A DNA stretch of 64,000 nt from Candidatus Eremiobacteria bacterium (GTDB lineage Bacteria > Vulcanimicrobiota > Vulcanimicrobiia > Vulcanimicrobiales > Vulcanimicrobiaceae): the NCBI GenBank assembly GCA_963758295.1, contig CAVWUU010000004.1:736001-800000 (forward strand), read 5' to 3'. A program made the translations under genes and the position numbers. The notes under the pieces are model-generated. The model was given only the letters and a program-made list of their open reading frames with translations, was not told the origin of the DNA and made no database searches. Positions 60,669-64,000 of the stretch are shown in pieces. The first letter of the stretch is position 1. Every line of letters starts with the position of its first letter.

Positions 60669-61784
60669 TCATTGCTCCGTCATCATCGCACGATAATGTC
60701 TATCGAAAGCGGCAAGCAATCCTTCCGCGTTCGCATACGGTCCCGGCGCGTACGCCTTCGATCTCACGCCGGCTTGCGTCAATTCGCTCACGTGCCAATC
60801 TTGACGGTTCGTCAGATCCCAAAAGTCGACCGCGTCGCTGGGATCGAACTCGGGCGCTTCCATCGTTTTCGGATCGAAGAGCCACAAGCAATCAATCTCC
60901 GTTCGACTAACGCTCCGCGGGTTGACGTAGTGCACCATTACATAGTCGGGATGCAAGCTCAATAACATCGACGGGAAGATCGTGTAGTAATAGATGCGAT
61001 CCAGCTCCGCGCCGCTCACGTCGCCGACCGGCGGCCGCGATGTTGCGCCCGACGTCGTCAAGCTTGACCCATGCTTGCGCAATTCCGAGTATCCGCCGAG
61101 GAAGGGACCATCCTCGAGATCGTTGCGGCCGCTCTCCGAAGGCGAAAGCTTGTCGAGTTGCGGGTGGACGAGCGGGCAGTGATAGCACTCGGAATAATTT
61201 TGGAAGATGAGTTTCCAGTTCACGCCCAAGTCGTAATGAACCCTCCGCGCCGTGCGCAGCTCGCCGATGTGCCAACGCGCAAACCGGTTTAGCAGCGGCG
61301 CGAAAGCAACTTCAAACGGCCCCGGGTCGTCACTTATGTTGACGAAAACAAAGCCTTCCCAAAGTGCAACGGCGGCATGCTGCAAAGGATAATCGCCGGT
61401 AGAGAATCCCGGAACGTCGTTCATGTTGCGCGCAACTTTCAACGCACCGTCGAGGCCATACGTCCATGCGTGGTACGGACACTGAATCGAACCGCTGAAG
61501 TGCCCGCTCGGGACTTCGCACATCTTCGTGCCGCGGTGACGGCAGACGTTGTACAACGCGCGTACAGTATTGGACGCGTCGCGCGTCACAATGAGATTTT
61601 CGCCGGCGACGTCGGCTAAAAAGTAGTCGCCCGCCTTGGGAATCTGCTCCTCGCGTCCGGCGCATAGCCAGTCGCGCGCAAATATGCGCTCGCGTTCCTG
61701 CACGAACACTTCGGGCGAGACGTACCAGCGCGCGTCGAGCGTATGCGCGCCGGCTCCGACGGTAGGTTTGACGAAGGTGGCCAT
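60669..61784 (-). CDS. Rieske non-heme iron oxygenase alpha subunit (choline/betaine monooxygenase-like)
   Basis: CRHRG...CPYHAW Rieske motif; NWK...NYSECYHCPLVH; QD. Confidence 0.92.
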   Translation of the reverse strand: MATFVKPTVGAGAHTLDARWYVSPEVFVQERERIFARDWLCAGREEQIPKAGDYFLADVAGENLIVTRDASNTVRALYNVCRHRGTKMCEVPSGHFSGSIQCPYHAWTYGLDGALKVARNMNDVPGFSTGDYPLQHAAVALWEGFVFVNISDDPGPFEVAFAPLLNRFARWHIGELRTARRVHYDLGVNWKLIFQNYSECYHCPLVHPQLDKLSPSESGRNDLEDGPFLGGYSELRKHGSSLTTSGATSRPPVGDVSGAELDRIYYYTIFPSMLLSLHPDYVMVHYVNPRSVSRTEIDCLWLFDPKTMEAPEFDPSDAVDFWDLTNRQDWHVSELTQAGVRSKAYAPGPYANAEGLLAAFDRHYRAMMTEQ

Positions 61785-61798
61785 GATTCGCTCCCTAG

Positions 61799-61876
61799 CC
61801 GAATATTGTTCGGAAATTCGTGCGAAGGGACCGCTATCCTTCGGGGCGTAAGTCCGTTTCACCGAATGTCATTCGG
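61799..61876. promoter_or_regulatory. Twin palindromic operator sites in the divergent promoter
   Basis: CCGAATATTGTTCGG (61799-61813) and CCGAATGTCATTCGG (61862-61876). Confidence 0.65.
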
Positions 61877-61918
61877 AGAACCTGTGCCTCGCGGCGTACA
61901 ATTGTGAGGGAGGCGCCT

Positions 61919-63439
61919 ATGGCGGCCGGCGGCCGGCAGTCCTTCACTGCCGGGCTTTTTGCAACCGCAAACCTCGAGATGCTCCGCTCACTTGGAGAGC
62001 GGCGCATCTTACGACGCGCCCTGGGCGGACTCGACGTCTTGTCCATCGGCCTTGGCGCAATGATCGGCGGCGGCATCTTCACCACCATCGGCCCGGGCGT
62101 GAAGATGGCCGGCCCGGCAATTCTCCTCGCTTACGTCTTGGCAGCCGCGGCGTGTTTCTTTGCTGCTCTTGCCTACGCGGAACTCGGTTCGATGGTACCG
62201 ATTGCCGGGAGCGCCTATACCTACGCCTACGTCACGCTCGGCAAACTCATCGCGTGGCTCATCGGCTTTTCGCTCGTCTTCGAATACGGGATCAGCGGCG
62301 CGCCGATCGCGCAGCAGTTTTCCGGCGGCATTCAAGATTTACTACGTCAAGCTTTTGGATGGCACACTCCCTACTGGATGCAGCGCTCGCACCTCCTCAT
62401 CAGCGGACCGTGGTGGCAACCCTCGAGTTGGGATCTAGTGCATTCGCAATACGACGTCGTCGGCGCGGCCTTCATCATCGTGCTGGCGACTCTTTTGACG
62501 ATCGGCATTCGAGAAACCGCGATCGCCAATCACCTGCTCAACGTATTGAAGCTCGTCGCGCTCGCGGTCTTCATTGTCGCCGGAGTTACGCTGATTCATC
62601 CGCAGCTCTGGCACCCGTTTTTTCCACTGGGATGGGGCTCGCTCAAACCGTTTTCCGGCGGCGCAGGCGTCGGAATCATCCCGGCCGCGGCGCTCGTATT
62701 CTTCAACTACATCGGCTTCGACAGCACGACGACCGTGGCCGAGGAGTGCCGGAATCCCGCTCGAGACTTACCGTTCGGCGTGATGGGCTCGCTCGTGATC
62801 GGCACGGTGCTCTACTGCGCTGTCGCGGCCGTGCTCGTTGGTATCGTCCCGTGGCAACAGGTCGACGAAACCCATGCGCTGGCGCGCGCATTGGAACCGC
62901 TGCACAATCCGTTCGTCAACTGGGCGATCATCATCGGCGTGCTGGCGGCGACGGCGAGCGTGGCTATTTCCGCCGTACTCGGGCAAACGCGTATCTTCTA
63001 CGTAATGGCACGTGACAAGATGCTGCCGCCCGCTTTTGCGACCGTCAACCGCCGCTTCAAGACGCCGGCTCGCATGACGGTATTCGTGGGGCTTTCCATC
63101 GCAATTCTGACGCTGATCGTTCCGCTCGATAATCTTTTGACGCTGGTGAACATCGGGACGCTCTTTGCGTTTGCCGTCGTTTGCGGCGGAGTTATTTACC
63201 TTCGATATAAGCGCCCCGATATTCCGCGCGGCTTTACCTCGCCGTTCGTGCCTTGGTTTCCGCTGCTCGGAATTTTGCTTTGCGCCGCGCTCGCGGTTTA
63301 CGGCCTCGACCTGACAACGTGGGCCTGGTTCATCGGCGCGCTGCTCCTGGGTCTCGTTATTTTCTTCAGTTACGGATATCGCAAGTCGAATCCGGACGAA
63401 ATCGTGCCGGTCGAAGAACCGGAAGCACTCCTGGACTAG
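61919..63439 (+). CDS. APC-family (cationic) amino acid permease
   Basis: GAMIGGGIF, GSAYTY, YIGFD, EECRNP, MARD, NIGTL; GGGAGG SD. Confidence 0.95.
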   Translation: MAAGGRQSFTAGLFATANLEMLRSLGERRILRRALGGLDVLSIGLGAMIGGGIFTTIGPGVKMAGPAILLAYVLAAAACFFAALAYAELGSMVPIAGSAYTYAYVTLGKLIAWLIGFSLVFEYGISGAPIAQQFSGGIQDLLRQAFGWHTPYWMQRSHLLISGPWWQPSSWDLVHSQYDVVGAAFIIVLATLLTIGIRETAIANHLLNVLKLVALAVFIVAGVTLIHPQLWHPFFPLGWGSLKPFSGGAGVGIIPAAALVFFNYIGFDSTTTVAEECRNPARDLPFGVMGSLVIGTVLYCAVAAVLVGIVPWQQVDETHALARALEPLHNPFVNWAIIIGVLAATASVAISAVLGQTRIFYVMARDKMLPPAFATVNRRFKTPARMTVFVGLSIAILTLIVPLDNLLTLVNIGTLFAFAVVCGGVIYLRYKRPDIPRGFTSPFVPWFPLLGILLCAALAVYGLDLTTWAWFIGALLLGLVIFFSYGYRKSNPDEIVPVEEPEALLD

Positions 63440-63457
63440 AAAGGTCTCCTTACGGAA

Positions 63458-64000
63458 ATGGCAAGCAAATACGACGCGATCATCATCGGCGGCGGGCACA
63501 ACGGCCTCGTGACCGCGTGTTACTTGGCAAAAGCGAAGTGGAAAGTGCTCGTGCTGGAACGCCGCTACATTGTCGGCGGAGCTTGCGTCACCGAGGAAAC
63601 GTTCCCCGGTTTCAAAGTTTCGACTGCAGCGTACGTAAACAGCCTCTTCCGCCCGGAGATCATTCGCGATCTCAACTTGAAGTCGTACGGTTTTGAAGCC
63701 ATCGAACGCAATCCGGCGTCGTTTTCTCCGTTCCTCGATGGCCGGTACTTGATGCTCGGTCGCGATCGCACGAGCGACGTCGCGGAAATCGCGAAATTCA
63801 GCACACGCGATGCAGAAGCATATCCACAATACGAGGCAATGCTCGAACGCGTCGCGGCCGTCATCGAGCCGACATTGACGCAGATTCCGCCGAACGTACT
63901 CAAGCCGGGCCTCGGTGATCTCCTGAACATGGGGAAGATGGGCCGCGCGATGCAAAAGATGGGCCCGGCGATGAACGAGGCGATCGAAATGCTCAGCGGT
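63458..64000 (+). CDS. Phytoene-dehydrogenase-like FAD oxidoreductase (PYROXD2-type), runs off the window
   Basis: MASKYDAIIIGGGHNGLVTACYLAKA...LERR..VGGACVTEE.FPGF. Confidence 0.88.
   Translation, partial: MASKYDAIIIGGGHNGLVTACYLAKAKWKVLVLERRYIVGGACVTEETFPGFKVSTAAYVNSLFRPEIIRDLNLKSYGFEAIERNPASFSPFLDGRYLMLGRDRTSDVAEIAKFSTRDAEAYPQYEAMLERVAAVIEPTLTQIPPNVLKPGLGDLLNMGKMGRAMQKMGPAMNEAIEMLSG

Overview
GC-rich bacterial chromosomal segment. It has a TonB-dependent receptor (diderm) together with Terrabacteria-type features: an L10 attenuator leader, a GAAC-N4-GTTC LexA box and a long acidic NusG N-terminus. This mix suggests Candidatus Eremiobacterota/Vulcanimicrobiota, which is an inference only. 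From left to right the window holds: GH125 mannosidase, hpt, an OmpR-type two-component pair, an FNT transporter, ftsY-recA-recX, a chemotaxis/flagellar tail (cheR-cheB-fliA-fliK-like-flhB-like), soluble and membrane pyrophosphatases, M48/M13 peptidases, tetR-MFS, and a fragmented core translation locus (tRNA-Tyr/Gly/Thr ... tRNA-Arg, rpmG, tRNA-Trp, secE, nusG, rplK, rplA ... rplJ, rplL; tuf and rpoB are not in their usual positions). Two accessory blocks interrupt that locus. (1) About 3.5 kb between rplA and rplJ, including a 1,076-bp one-gene module that appears to have integrated into the 3' end of rplA and replaced it. (2) About 22 kb resembling a general-stress island: a divergent carbamoyltransferase/GT9/GT4/GT2/UDP-xylose glycan cluster, an H1-like basic fusion protein, a ferritin-like protein, MsrB/MsrC, Crp and a second PPase, several preceded by a shared SigB/SigF-like promoter motif. 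The right end holds a Rieske oxygenase-BNR hydrolase-TonB receptor operon divergent from an APC permease-flavoprotein operon, with twin palindromic operators between them. No CRISPR array, integrase or transposase was seen.
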